Shown here: positions 49,312 through 59,285 of the stretch, piece after piece | Layout: every line of letters begins with the position of its first letter | Position numbering within the stretch: position 1 is the stretch's first letter | DNA from: a virus | Lineage: Duplodnaviria > Caudoviricetes | Virus record (IMG/VR): IMGVR_UViG_3300032307_000764 | Span: 128,001-192,000 of that record | Strand: one strand, 5' to 3' | DNA: 64,000 nt | Position numbers and translations under genes: made by a program | Notes under the pieces: generated by a model | Told to the model about the DNA's origin: nothing | What the model saw: only the letters and a program-made list of their open reading frames with translations | Databases searched by the model: none

Positions 49312-49449
49312 ATGTCAGAAACCTCAGTAAAACAATGGCTAAACCCACACAATGCAACTGAGCAGGAGATAGCAGAACAGGAGTTATTTGATTCTTTGTT
49401 ATTAGCTAAATATAAGTCCATAGAAGAGCTTAAAGATACCAACGAATAG
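49312..49449 (+). CDS. 45-aa protein (start corrected)
   Basis: ATG follows promoter at 49247-49290. Confidence 0.55.
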   Translation: MSETSVKQWLNPHNATEQEIAEQELFDSLLLAKYKSIEELKDTNE

Positions 49450-49760
49450 ATTGATAGGTTTGCACAACAAAAAGCCCTTACAACTAAATATATGAGTGAA
49501 TCATTACACAATCAACACGGTAAAGAAAGTATAGGTTAGCATTATCATTTGTATTCTTTATAAAGCTTGGAGTTACTCCAGGCTTTTTTTGTTTTAGACC
49601 CTGTCCGATCGCACTACGGACTGCGGATCTGTCCGAGTTGTGGAACCCCCGCAGCAGATCAGGACTGTCCAAAAAATTATTTAGAAAATTCCAAGAATCC
49701 TTTTTTTATTTGTAGAGGATTTCTTATATTAGCTATGTTAATCAATTAAACAAATAAGAT

Positions 49761-50009
49761 ATGCCAGCTTTAAAACCAATTACACATGACGATCTAAAGA
49801 ACCAACTACGTTCAGGATCAGTTAAATTTTACTTCCGCAAAACAGGAGGTGATTTAAGAATCGCTTTAGGAACATTAGACCTAAACCGTATCCCAAATGC
49901 CAACCATCCAAAGGGTGGAAAAATATCGGAAGCACAGGTTGCTTATTACGATTTAGAAAAAGGAGCATGGAGATCGGTTTCAAAAACACAAGAGGTTTGG
50001 ATTGATTAA
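49761..50009 (+). CDS. Stand-alone SH3-beta-barrel (DUF2693/WYL_2-like) protein
   Basis: VKFYFRKTGGDLRIALGTL..YYDLEKGAWRS. Confidence 0.85.
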   Translation: MPALKPITHDDLKNQLRSGSVKFYFRKTGGDLRIALGTLDLNRIPNANHPKGGKISEAQVAYYDLEKGAWRSVSKTQEVWID

Positions 50010-50178
50010 CAAAAATTCGCAAACTAAGGAAAGGAGCTTCGGCTCCTTTTTTTGTGGGCTTAGCTTCCGGTTAGCATATGCTAGACCAAACTGAGGAACC
50101 CCCGTCAATCTTACCAGGAATCATTTTTTTATTTGGATAGAAGTTTCTACATTTGGTGAAACCAATAAAACAAAAGCT

Positions 50179-50658
50179 ATGTTAGATGCCATTTATTCAA
50201 TCCTTGTTGCATTACAGCTAAGTGATGTAATTGTAAGTATTCTTACTAAGAAAACGAAGAGAACAGTTTATTTCTCTTTCTTTGTGTGGCATTTGTCATT
50301 GATTGTTGGAGTAATTAATGGTATATCAATCTGGATATCTTTGCTTCAGGTTTTAAATTGTGCTTTCATCTTCTCGAGCTTTAGAAAGGTTAAAGTTGTT
50401 ACTATAATAGGAATAGGTGATGAGATTGAAGATCCTTCCGACCTTTATCTATCAGCTATGGAAAGAATATTAGGTGACTCAATAAGTAACCAATCGGGTG
50501 AAACATTAAAGATATTTAGGCTTACTCTTCTCGAAAAGAAGTTCTTTGGACTAACTAAAGAAACCAAAGAGATGGAAATACCAGTAAAATTAAGGGAAGA
50601 AGATGTAATTGCATTCAGAAAACAAATCATAGGTCACACTTTTGATGTGGTAATCTAA
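50179..50658 (+). CDS. Membrane protein
   Basis: Three N-terminal hydrophobic segments. Confidence 0.7.
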   Translation: MLDAIYSILVALQLSDVIVSILTKKTKRTVYFSFFVWHLSLIVGVINGISIWISLLQVLNCAFIFSSFRKVKVVTIIGIGDEIEDPSDLYLSAMERILGDSISNQSGETLKIFRLTLLEKKFFGLTKETKEMEIPVKLREEDVIAFRKQIIGHTFDVVI

Positions 50659-50709
50659 ATCGTTTTTTTATTCAATTAGTAATATCTACATTTACAAAAA
50701 CAATCTGAT

Positions 50710-51114
50710 ATGACAACAATATTTTTCTTCCTCTGTTTAGCTTATTTCTTATACGAGATAACCGTATTGACCAACCCTCGAAAAAGCATCGAGAAACTTA
50801 AGAAGCTTAGCAACGCTGAATTCATGAAGAATCCAGATACACCAGCTTCAGAAAAAACCATGAGCTGTTCATTTGCTTTATTTGCAAGCACCTATTTAAT
50901 GTGGAGTTTTATAGGATTGGCTTATTCTTATCAGTGGTTGTCATTTGGTATCTTAATAGTTATAGGTTTTGTACATATGGCTATTGCTAAGCTTTATAAA
51001 AAGACAATACTCTCAACATTCATTGATGCTCTATTATCTTCACTGATTATATTAGACATCTTCGTTCAGCATTACCATCCTGAATTACCAGGATTAATAG
51101 AATCATTATTTTAG
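50710..51114 (+). CDS. 4-TM membrane protein
   Basis: Hydrophobic pattern. Confidence 0.7.
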   Translation: MTTIFFFLCLAYFLYEITVLTNPRKSIEKLKKLSNAEFMKNPDTPASEKTMSCSFALFASTYLMWSFIGLAYSYQWLSFGILIVIGFVHMAIAKLYKKTILSTFIDALLSSLIILDIFVQHYHPELPGLIESLF

Positions 51115-51284
51115 TTGGTTAAGTTTAGAGAGAGGAGACTTCGGTCTCCTTTTTTTGTGGGCTAAGATTTTCACGTAGCAGTCGCAGGAATTCTGGGGGA
51201 ACCCCAGCAGTTTAACCAGGAATCATTTTTTTGTTTGGATAGAAGTTTCTACATTTGTTGAAAACAATAGAACAAAAGCTATTT

Positions 51285-51950
51285 ATGAAAGAAAAAACTT
51301 ATACAGTAGACGGAATAGAATTTATTGCATTTGATGTAGATTCTAGTGAAACTCTAAAATTCTTACAGGATGAGTTTGACATGGACATGATGGACATCAA
51401 GACTATGAATCTTCCTGATGATCCTGTAATAGTAGACATTGGAGCAAATGTAGGGATAATTTCATTCTATTTTGCAAAGAGATTCCCGAATGCAAAAATT
51501 TATTCATACGAACCTCATCCCATTAATTACGCAAATTTGATTCGAGGAATTGAAGCCAATGGGCTAACAAATGTATTTCCTTTTAATAAGGCGGTACTCG
51601 ATAATTCAGATTCTGGAATAGAAATTTATCTAAACAGAGAAAATAGCGGAGCTTCTTCTGTTTTCCATCCGACTGAAGATTCTGCATTCGTTGACACTAT
51701 CACATTAGAGGAAATTGTAGCAGAACATCAGATCGAGAAGATAGACTTTTTGAAAATAGACTGTGAAGGTTCAGAATTTGAGATATTAGAAAATAGTGAG
51801 ATTCTGTATACTGGCAATTTACCGATTCAACGTATGTTTGCAGAAATACACGCATTTCGAGAATCAGAAGGAGAAAAGAGTATTTCTCTGTTAATTGCAA
51901 AGATGAATTATATCAAAAATGTCTCAGAATTTAGATTCATAATTATTTGA
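51285..51950 (+). CDS. FkbM-family SAM methyltransferase
   Basis: VDIGANVG, YEPHP, FLKIDCEGSE; start corrected. Confidence 0.9.
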   Translation: MKEKTYTVDGIEFIAFDVDSSETLKFLQDEFDMDMMDIKTMNLPDDPVIVDIGANVGIISFYFAKRFPNAKIYSYEPHPINYANLIRGIEANGLTNVFPFNKAVLDNSDSGIEIYLNRENSGASSVFHPTEDSAFVDTITLEEIVAEHQIEKIDFLKIDCEGSEFEILENSEILYTGNLPIQRMFAEIHAFRESEGEKSISLLIAKMNYIKNVSEFRFIII

Positions 51951-52058
51951 TGTAATATATAAGTTGTCAGAACAAAGGTTAACTCCTCAGTTTAACCAGG
52001 TAATTGTTTTTTAATCAAAAAGAAATTTCTATATTTAAGGTTAGACAAAAAAGCCACT

Positions 52059-52187
52059 ATGAAAAGATACAATTTAATTCTTAGCCTATTAGCAGTTGTC
52101 GGTGTTTCTTTAGTTTTTCAAAACTATCCAGTAGTTGTAGGGATTCTTAGCTTTGGTATAGCAATAGGTTACAAAGAAATACTATAA
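52059..52187 (+). CDS. 42-aa 2-TM micro-protein missed by the ORF track
   Basis: MKRYNLILSLLAVVGVSLVF..; promoter and terminator flank. Confidence 0.6.
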   Translation: MKRYNLILSLLAVVGVSLVFQNYPVVVGILSFGIAIGYKEIL

Positions 52188-52380
52188 CTGATTCAAACTT
52201 TTTAAAAACCCTAAGAGAAATCTTAGGGTTTTTTGTGGGGTAATGTTTTGCCCTGCTGGGCAGAATTCTGGAGGAACCCCCGACGAGCTGATCAAACTAA
52301 ACCTATAGGTTGATTTCTTGGAATCATTTTTTTATTTGTAGAAAAATCTATATATTAGCTCTATCTTAAAACCATACAAC

Positions 52381-52575
52381 ATGACCAAAGAAGAAGCACA
52401 CATCGAAGCACAAAGAATAGCAGAGGATATCTATGAGGAGCACGGAGAGTTTGCACCACACGGACTAATCACGTTGGAGGAAGCAAAAGAAACTGTGTGT
52501 AGCTATGGTTACGAAGGTTCTGATCTGGAAGATATAGCAATGGAGTTAGTTGCAATGATGGAAGGTAACTTCTAG
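52381..52575 (+). CDS. Small acidic protein
   Basis: Own promoter. Confidence 0.65.
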   Translation: MTKEEAHIEAQRIAEDIYEEHGEFAPHGLITLEEAKETVCSYGYEGSDLEDIAMELVAMMEGNF

Positions 52576-52635
52576 AATCATTTTTTTATCTTAGTAGAAT
52601 TTTCTATATTTGTATTAACCAATTAAACAGGAACT

Positions 52636-53274
52636 ATGGGTTATCGTAATTATATAGGATCTTTACCTAAGAAGAAGTATGATGAGATTAAGGAGCTTTC
52701 TTTAAAGGAGCTTTTTATTAAGAGAGGATTGGCATGGAATGAAGAGGATCCTTTCGAAGAAGATTACATCGGACCTTACGATCTTGTTGACCAGACTCAT
52801 CACGAGCTAGGTAAATACGTTGATAGCTTTCCTGATGAATTGCTCAAACCTTTTTTCCTGGACGAAGCAACTCAAAAGACCCTAGGAGATGAGAGTGATC
52901 TATGGGTAGTTGATAAAGATTTCCTACTTGCAGTAATCGAAATGTATCGTGATAAGATTAGGGAATACTATCAGGGTATGCTCGATCCTTTATTTAGTGA
53001 GGATGGAAGACCTAAAGCGGAATTTATGAAAACTGAGGGTGCACCTATTTCTACTGATGATCTTTCCGCTATCTTCAAAGTGATTAATCACGTCAAGGAT
53101 ACGGGATCTGATTGGGGAGTTATGAATCCCTGGACTAAAGGTACTCCTTATAAAATTGAAGGGAGCGAAACAATAGTTGATAGCTGGAAGTTCGAACATG
53201 CTATCTTTCAATTGGTCCATTTGTACAAGACCTTTAATTGGAAGAGAAGAGTAATGGTTTACTACGGTTACTAG
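52636..53274 (+). CDS. Hypothetical protein
   Basis: MGYRNY...VMVYYGY; own promoter. Confidence 0.75.
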   Translation: MGYRNYIGSLPKKKYDEIKELSLKELFIKRGLAWNEEDPFEEDYIGPYDLVDQTHHELGKYVDSFPDELLKPFFLDEATQKTLGDESDLWVVDKDFLLAVIEMYRDKIREYYQGMLDPLFSEDGRPKAEFMKTEGAPISTDDLSAIFKVINHVKDTGSDWGVMNPWTKGTPYKIEGSETIVDSWKFEHAIFQLVHLYKTFNWKRRVMVYYGY

Positions 53275-53332
53275 GAATCATTTTTTTCTTTGTAGAAAAA
53301 TCTATATATTTGTCTTATCTAACCAACCAACC

Positions 53333-53731
53333 ATGGAAAAGAAAATCGAATCATTCAAAGAACTAAAGGTAGGAGACTTAGTTCTTATTGTAAGCCCATT
53401 GACTAAGAAGGATGAGGTAGCTGTTGTATCGTCAATCATATCAACTTACAAATATCCTATATCTAATGTGGGGTCTACACGGAAGTATTACATGAAAGAC
53501 CGTAAGGCTTTTTATGCAGATGAATGCGGAGAGGTGGGAAATGAGATGATTAAAGAGTATGGAATCTCATCATCAGTAGCAGGAGAGTACACCTTCAGGG
53601 AGGACGATGAGCCAATCTGGAACATCCGGTTAATCGACAAGTCCCATCCTAAATGGGATAGCGAATTATCACTATCTGGAAAGATGCAGTCTGGTATTCT
53701 TAATATGTTTGGTTCTTTATTTGGGAAATAA
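53333..53731 (+). CDS. Hypothetical protein
   Basis: Own promoter. Confidence 0.7.
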   Translation: MEKKIESFKELKVGDLVLIVSPLTKKDEVAVVSSIISTYKYPISNVGSTRKYYMKDRKAFYADECGEVGNEMIKEYGISSSVAGEYTFREDDEPIWNIRLIDKSHPKWDSELSLSGKMQSGILNMFGSLFGK

Positions 53732-53796
53732 CAGAAATCATTTTTTTCTCTAGGTAGAATTTTCTATATTTGTCTTAACCAATTAAACATAAGAGC

Positions 53797-54099
53797 ATGT
53801 CAGGAGATGAAGAAATAAGAGCAGAAGTTTCAATCACAATCAAAGGTGAGAAGAAAGATTACGAGATGTTAGTAAAGGATATCTACGAGATTGAAGATTG
53901 TCCAAAGGGTAAGATAGTAATTCTTATCGGTCACGATGAAAGTCAATGGACAGGTACCTTCGTAGACACTGATGATGAGGAAATCATCATTGCTTCACTG
54001 GACAACCCTGATAGCAGAATTGCTTTGAATATCAGCGGTGCTGCTTGTTACCTAGAAGAGATTGAAGAAATTCCTTACGCAGAGGAGATTAAAGACTAA
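53797..54099 (+). CDS. Acidic hypothetical protein
   Basis: Own promoter. Confidence 0.7.
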   Translation: MSGDEEIRAEVSITIKGEKKDYEMLVKDIYEIEDCPKGKIVILIGHDESQWTGTFVDTDDEEIIIASLDNPDSRIALNISGAACYLEEIEEIPYAEEIKD

Positions 54100-54102
54100 G
54101 GT

Positions 54103-54777
54103 ATGAAGACAGCAAGAAAATCATTTGGTGAAGATTACGAATGTAAGCAACCTTGGCCTGAAGAGATATTTGTACAGTGTGGCGAAAGTGGTGTTGTCTT
54201 TTCGAAAGAAGGAAACTACGGTACTGCTTTCTTTGAAGCATTTCCTAAATCACCTTCATGTTTCCTTAGAGGTGAAGGCGCAACAGTTGAGGAGGCTGAG
54301 GAGAAGTGTTGGAACAGTTATCAAAAGGTTATCTCATGTGACCACGAGATGGAGCGTAGAAATCGGACAGATGGTTATGGATACTGTAAGCATTGTTCTT
54401 ACTCTTCAATGGTATTCGAACCGCTCACCAAATGTTGTAAGTGCAATACTCCGACTGCTTACACTCAAGACTATCTTGGTAAAATCTACTGTAAGAAACA
54501 CAAAAGGTTTAAACCGAAAGATCCGAACCCGTCTAAATACTTCGACGATTCTTACCAAAGAACCCCTCGTAAATACAAGAAGCTTTTGAAGAAAGCTGCT
54601 ACCAAAAAATTTAGAGATGGAGGTATCCTAGGTAAGGTTAAATACCAGATCGGAGTAACAGGAAGTAAAAAGTTCTTCTGTGGCGGCAAGGTACTAAACA
54701 TAATGTTCAAAAGACAAGAACTTATGTTGGTTGGTAGATACAAGCCTAAAAGGGAAGGAGATGAATATTCTGATTAA
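54103..54777 (+). CDS. Cys/His-rich protein
   Basis: CDH..YCKHC..CCKC..YCKKH. Confidence 0.75.
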   Translation: MKTARKSFGEDYECKQPWPEEIFVQCGESGVVFSKEGNYGTAFFEAFPKSPSCFLRGEGATVEEAEEKCWNSYQKVISCDHEMERRNRTDGYGYCKHCSYSSMVFEPLTKCCKCNTPTAYTQDYLGKIYCKKHKRFKPKDPNPSKYFDDSYQRTPRKYKKLLKKAATKKFRDGGILGKVKYQIGVTGSKKFFCGGKVLNIMFKRQELMLVGRYKPKREGDEYSD

Positions 54778-54831
54778 ATCATTTTTTTAGTTGTAGAAAA
54801 TTCCCTATATTAGCTAAGTAAAATTTTTGAT

Positions 54832-55185
54832 ATGCCTCCTTTTAACTTAAGTGCAGTTTTTGAATACACTATCATTGATGGATTTCTATTTATAGAAGAC
54901 AAAAATGGTGAGGGTGTACTTTCCGTTACTGGGGATATGGAACATGTACTGGAAACAATAGCAGCTGAAAATAGAGATATTGAAATCGCGAAGCTTAAAA
55001 CTATTTACTTAGACAGCGAAGGAATTTGGGACGGAGTAAAATTTAGCTTCTGCTCTAACGGTGTAAGAATCGATGAATTTATTTTTTTAGATGCTACTGA
55101 TGTTGAAGAAGCAATAATCAGATATCAAAAATATCTAGAAGAAAAAGGAGAGGAACAACAACCTAAATATCTTTTTAGTGTATGA
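54832..55185 (+). CDS. Hypothetical protein
   Basis: SVTGDMEHVL..IYLDSEGIWDGV. Confidence 0.7.
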   Translation: MPPFNLSAVFEYTIIDGFLFIEDKNGEGVLSVTGDMEHVLETIAAENRDIEIAKLKTIYLDSEGIWDGVKFSFCSNGVRIDEFIFLDATDVEEAIIRYQKYLEEKGEEQQPKYLFSV

Positions 55186-55460
55186 GTAGAGGAAGATACA
55201 AAGGATATCGATACGAGATTAAAGGAGACATTATTCTTTTAAGGGAGGACAATCACGAGTTAGGTACAAATCATGCTGATGATCTTTTAAATATCTTAAA
55301 AGATCTTCTACCTTGGGACACATTAAAAGATAAAAGAGTATTCGTTCATATAATTAGAACGGATATGTGCTATGAACTAGTATTTGATTCAAAAACCGGA
55401 AGTGCTATACGATGGAATCAATGTGTTAGAACCCTGAGGGGAACAATATCAATGCGTTAG
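55182..55460 (+). CDS. Hypothetical protein
   Basis: Overlapping start/stop with upstream gene. Confidence 0.6.
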   Translation: MSRGRYKGYRYEIKGDIILLREDNHELGTNHADDLLNILKDLLPWDTLKDKRVFVHIIRTDMCYELVFDSKTGSAIRWNQCVRTLRGTISMR

Positions 55461-55564
55461 AACCCTGAGGAGAACAATATTGGATAACCCACATAATCTG
55501 AAATCATTTTTTTAATTGTAGAAAATTCTCTATATTAGCTAAGTAATCAATTAAACAAAACAGC

Positions 55565-55771
55565 ATGCAAGTTCAAACGGAATTATCATTGACACAATTA
55601 GCACAAATAGCTCAGTCGAAATATCCAGATCTATCTGTTATCTGTAATGGATTCTCAGGTACTGTTTATCGAAAAGGTACCCCGGTGTTTAACACAAGCG
55701 GTCCATCTTCTGAGTCAGTGATCTCGGCTTATCTTTCAGGTTTGATTAATGCAGAGCAATTTTTAAAATAA
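55565..55771 (+). CDS. Hypothetical protein
   Basis: Own promoter. Confidence 0.65.
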   Translation: MQVQTELSLTQLAQIAQSKYPDLSVICNGFSGTVYRKGTPVFNTSGPSSESVISAYLSGLINAEQFLK

Positions 55772-55776
55772 GGGAT

Positions 55777-56004
55777 ATGAATGATTTTATTTACGTTCTA
55801 GTTATTTTGGTTTTATTAGCAGTATCTGTTGTACTTGCTGTATCCTTATTTTCAGAACGATGTGATCACCAATGGACTCTAATAAAGAACGCAGATCTTA
55901 TTAAATATAACCGAGAAGGTAAGGAAGTTCCTTATGGTTACCTTAGAGTTCACGAGTGTGAGAAGTGCAAGAAATTGAAAAAGCAACAAGTCGAAATGGA
56001 TTAG
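55777..56004 (+). CDS. TM + small Zn-binding domain protein
   Basis: TM then CDHQW..CEKC. Confidence 0.7.
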   Translation: MNDFIYVLVILVLLAVSVVLAVSLFSERCDHQWTLIKNADLIKYNREGKEVPYGYLRVHECEKCKKLKKQQVEMD

Positions 56005-56006
56005 TT

Positions 56007-56147
56007 ATGAAGTGGACATTTTTTATATTTGGTACAATTGCGACGATTTTAGGAATTGCATTATCGTCTGACACAGAATGTATTGTAGGTGCTGTATTTC
56101 TTTCAGCTTACGCAGTGATCAATGAAATTCAAAAAGTAAAAAAATAA
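56007..56147 (+). CDS. 2-TM micro-protein (start corrected)
   Basis: MKWTFFIFGTIATILGIAL. Confidence 0.6.
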   Translation: MKWTFFIFGTIATILGIALSSDTECIVGAVFLSAYAVINEIQKVKK

Positions 56148-56152
56148 AAGCC

Positions 56153-56479
56153 ATGGGAGCTACACTAGTTAAGGATATGGAAAGAGTTAACTGTCCAGAT
56201 TGCAGTGCAGCTCCAGGAGAATACCACATGGATGGATGTGACATCGAAAGATGTACTGATTGTGAGGGACAAAGATTATCTTGTAGCTGTCCAGACCACG
56301 GAGATTATCAAAGAGAGAAATGGTCAGGAATAGCTTACGAGAAAGCTAGGTTAATAGCAGAAGAAAATAACCTATATGTTAAATGGAATAAAGGCTGGGT
56401 TAAATGCTCCAAAGATGATGAAGGAGCATCACACGATCTTAATGAAGCTACATTTCTTTTAATGTCTGGCAAAGTTTAG
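56153..56479 (+). CDS. Zn-binding protein
   Basis: CPDC..YH..GCDIERCTDC..LSCSC. Confidence 0.75.
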   Translation: MGATLVKDMERVNCPDCSAAPGEYHMDGCDIERCTDCEGQRLSCSCPDHGDYQREKWSGIAYEKARLIAEENNLYVKWNKGWVKCSKDDEGASHDLNEATFLLMSGKV

Positions 56480-56741
56480 TTTTGTTTGTTTAGTTTGTTT
56501 GGTTTAGAGAGGGACACAATTGTCCCTCTCTTTTTTTGTGCATTCTTTTTCTGTGTAGCTATGCTGCATCATGAGGAGGTTCCCCACACCTGGATACACC
56601 TGAAAACACCATAAACACCCCGGGGACACCCAGGAGGGGACTTGCGTATACGTGCGTACGTACGAGGGTTTTTATAGGTAATCATTTTTTATAATGTAGA
56701 AAATTCCATATATTTGTAATAACAATCTAAAACACAAACAA

Positions 56742-57023
56742 ATGAGTGAAACAAAATCCCCTATTGGTTTAGTAGTTTATAAAGGAGACTGGGAAGGAGC
56801 ACAATGGACTATCACAGGAAATCCTAAGAAAGAACTAACTATTAAAGAGTTTGAATCTGCTTATGACTTCGAAGAGTTTATCCAGCAAAAGGTTGACCAT
56901 GTAGGAATTGAATTTGATTCAGAGTTTTGTCAGTTCTTTGCCTATGCTGAAACAGAAGGAAGAGCAATCAAGTTCCTAAGAGATATTGAAGAATACTTTA
57001 AGAAAGTTCGAGATTTACTTTAG
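56742..57023 (+). CDS. Hypothetical protein
   Basis: Own promoter and terminator. Confidence 0.7.
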   Translation: MSETKSPIGLVVYKGDWEGAQWTITGNPKKELTIKEFESAYDFEEFIQQKVDHVGIEFDSEFCQFFAYAETEGRAIKFLRDIEEYFKKVRDLL

Positions 57024-57194
57024 TAAATCCATCAACATAAAAAAAAGGGTCTTCGGACTCTTTTTTTGTGCGCTAAGGTTTTCCTGTAGCAGCCACAAGA
57101 ATTCGGGAGGAACCCCAGCGAACGAATCTTAGAAATCATTTTTTATTTAGTAGAAAAATCTTTATATTTGTATCAACCAATTAAAACAAATATT

Positions 57195-57386
57195 ATGTCA
57201 TTAAGTCAAGAAGAAAAACAAGAGGTCCTAAAAGGAGTAGACCATGCAATTAACGCTACTGAACAAACAGTGTTGGCGTTGAAGGACACATACGAATTTG
57301 CTCATCTCAAAAGGATCTCAGACATCCTAGTTGCTCAAGAGCTTTCGTTGAAGGAATTAAAAGATTTACGAAACTCAATATCATAA
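57195..57386 (+). CDS. Small helical protein (start corrected)
   Basis: ATG after promoter. Confidence 0.6.
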   Translation: MSLSQEEKQEVLKGVDHAINATEQTVLALKDTYEFAHLKRISDILVAQELSLKELKDLRNSIS

Positions 57387-57389
57387 GAT

Positions 57390-57611
57390 ATGAAAGCATT
57401 GTTAGGCTTAGTAGGATTGGCAATTGGAATTCTATTAATTGCTGCTTACTGTGAAAGCAAAAAGGATCCTTATGAAGAGGGTATGCACATGGACTATTCT
57501 ATTGAATGTGAGAACGGTTTTGTTTACAAATCTCTAAATCATCGAAGGGGAACAATTCAAGTTCTAAACTCTGATGGAACACCTTTAAGATGTGGAGAGA
57601 AAATACATTAA
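57390..57611 (+). CDS. Exported/membrane-anchored small protein
   Basis: MKALLGLVGLAIGILLIAAYC. Confidence 0.65.
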   Translation: MKALLGLVGLAIGILLIAAYCESKKDPYEEGMHMDYSIECENGFVYKSLNHRRGTIQVLNSDGTPLRCGEKIH

Positions 57612-57720
57612 CTCATAAACGGCCAGGTTGGTAGACTGGGGGATATTCAGCGTACTATCCCAAGTCAAGGAATAATGTCTCGCCAGGCATGGAAGGCACC
57701 AAGATATAAACCGATGAGTT
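57610..57720 (+). ncRNA. Candidate structured RNA
   Basis: Closing stem AACTCAT/ATGAGTT, inner TTGGT/ACCAA, GACTGGGGGATA/TATCCCAAGTC hairpin; no ORF; terminator directly follows. Confidence 0.45.
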
Positions 57721-57901
57721 ATTAATCCCAAGAGCAATCTTGGGATTTTTTGTGGACTAAGGTTTTCACGTAGCAGCCGCAGGAATTCTGGAGGAACCCC
57801 CGGCGAGCTGATCAGACTAAACCTATAGGTTGATTTATAGGAATCATTTTTTTATTTGTAGAAAAATCTATATATTAGCTTAGTAACTAAAAACAAGAAC
57901 A

Positions 57902-58357
57902 ATGAATCACGATTTTATTAAAACAGTAAAAGTTATATCTGTTCAAGATTGGGACAGATTAGTTGAAAAAACCTATGGGAAAACTTATTCTTTTCAGCAA
58001 CAAGATGATTGCAAAGATAGAGGTACAGAGTACATAACAGTTCCGTGTGAACCTGAAGATTATGAAAATGATACTATTCCTGAAATAATTAATGGGGAGG
58101 AAATGGGTGTAAGTTTTAAAAGTTGGTTGGAAAGAGATCCAAAAGCTCTTTTAAACCCTTCCGCTAAAGAACTTGAGGGTTCTGATTATTATTGGGGTAA
58201 TACACCAGCTGATGAAAAAGAGTACAAAGAGAACCCAAGTAATATTAGCTTGTTCTGGGAAAGAAATTTTTATCCTCATGTAAGTATGATTGTTAATGAT
58301 CTACATGCTAAAGGTATTCTTGAAGAAGGTGAGTATGGAATTGAAATTGATTGGTAA
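57902..58357 (+). CDS. Hypothetical protein
   Basis: DWDRLVEKTYG..YSFQQQD..WERNFYP. Confidence 0.75.
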   Translation: MNHDFIKTVKVISVQDWDRLVEKTYGKTYSFQQQDDCKDRGTEYITVPCEPEDYENDTIPEIINGEEMGVSFKSWLERDPKALLNPSAKELEGSDYYWGNTPADEKEYKENPSNISLFWERNFYPHVSMIVNDLHAKGILEEGEYGIEIDW

Positions 58358-58373
58358 TTAAACAACAAGAAAG

Positions 58374-58619
58374 ATGAAAACACCAACAGCAGAAGAGTAC
58401 ATCAAAACAAATCTAACTGATTTTTGGGAAGGGGGTAAAGCACAGTATACAGGAGAAGATGTTGCAAAAGCAATGATTGAGTTCGCCAAGCTCCATGTAG
58501 AAGCTGCAATAAAAGCTTGTATAGAAGATGCACCTTCAGGGTCATCTACTGATACTGTAAGCCAAGAAGATGTTGTAGAAGCATTGAAAGACAGTTATCC
58601 ATTAGAAAACATTAAGTAG
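58374..58619 (+). CDS. Hypothetical protein
   Basis: MKTPTAEE..MIEFAKLHVEAA..YPLENIK. Confidence 0.75.
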   Translation: MKTPTAEEYIKTNLTDFWEGGKAQYTGEDVAKAMIEFAKLHVEAAIKACIEDAPSGSSTDTVSQEDVVEALKDSYPLENIK

Positions 58620-58698
58620 CATGGAAATTCCAAGAATCATTTTTTTCTTTAAGTAGAATTTTCTATATTTGTAATGTTAATCAATTAAACAAAAACAA

Positions 58699-58836
58699 AT
58701 GGCAGAAAAAATCGTTTTAAGAGCATTTCAAGTTTGGTCAGCAACTTTAGGTTTGACAGTAGTATTTGGGATTGGTTTTGCAATCTATAGTTTAATCGTT
58801 GGTAACTATACCAGCACCGCAAGTTTTGAGTTTTAG
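58699..58836 (+). CDS. 45-aa TM micro-protein missed by the ORF track
   Basis: MAEKIVLRAFQVWSATLGLTVVFGIGFAIYSLIVG; promoter and terminator flank. Confidence 0.65.
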   Translation: MAEKIVLRAFQVWSATLGLTVVFGIGFAIYSLIVGNYTSTASFEF

Positions 58837-59000
58837 TTTTGTTTGTTTTGTTTTGGTTAAAGAGGAACTTCGGTTCCTCTTTTTTTGTGGGCTAACTTTT
58901 TCCTCCCTGCAGGGTAGGAATCTGGAGGAACCCCCGAACCCCGATTCTAGAATCATTTTTTTCTCCAGATTATAATGATTACATTGTAAGAAAAATAATA

Positions 59001-59285
59001 ATGGCCGATTGCTATAACTGTAAGTACAGAGGAGAAATTCCGGGGAGTGCACACTCATGCTGTGAAATCACAAAACATGTTCCTGCATTAAGTAAGGTTA
59101 AATCAGAATTTCTAGATATAGCTCTTATGATAGGGAAAGCTAAAATAAAAGGTAGCGATGGTACCAATGCAGTTAAACTAAATCCTGAAGGTGTTAAAAA
59201 CGGATGGGCTAGTTGGCCTCTAGACTTTGACCCAGTCTGGATAACATCCTGTGAATTATTCAAAGCCAAACCCAAACGTAAATAG
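59001..59285 (+). CDS. Cys-rich protein
   Basis: CYNCKYR..PGSAHSCC..GWASWPLDFDP. Confidence 0.75.
   Translation: MADCYNCKYRGEIPGSAHSCCEITKHVPALSKVKSEFLDIALMIGKAKIKGSDGTNAVKLNPEGVKNGWASWPLDFDPVWITSCELFKAKPKRK

Noticed and set aside
55430-55480. Direct repeat TTAGAACCCTGAGG(G/A)GAACAATAT x2 as a functional array
   Set aside because: Only two copies spanning a stop codon; a simple local duplication explains it, though it resembles a degenerate dyad
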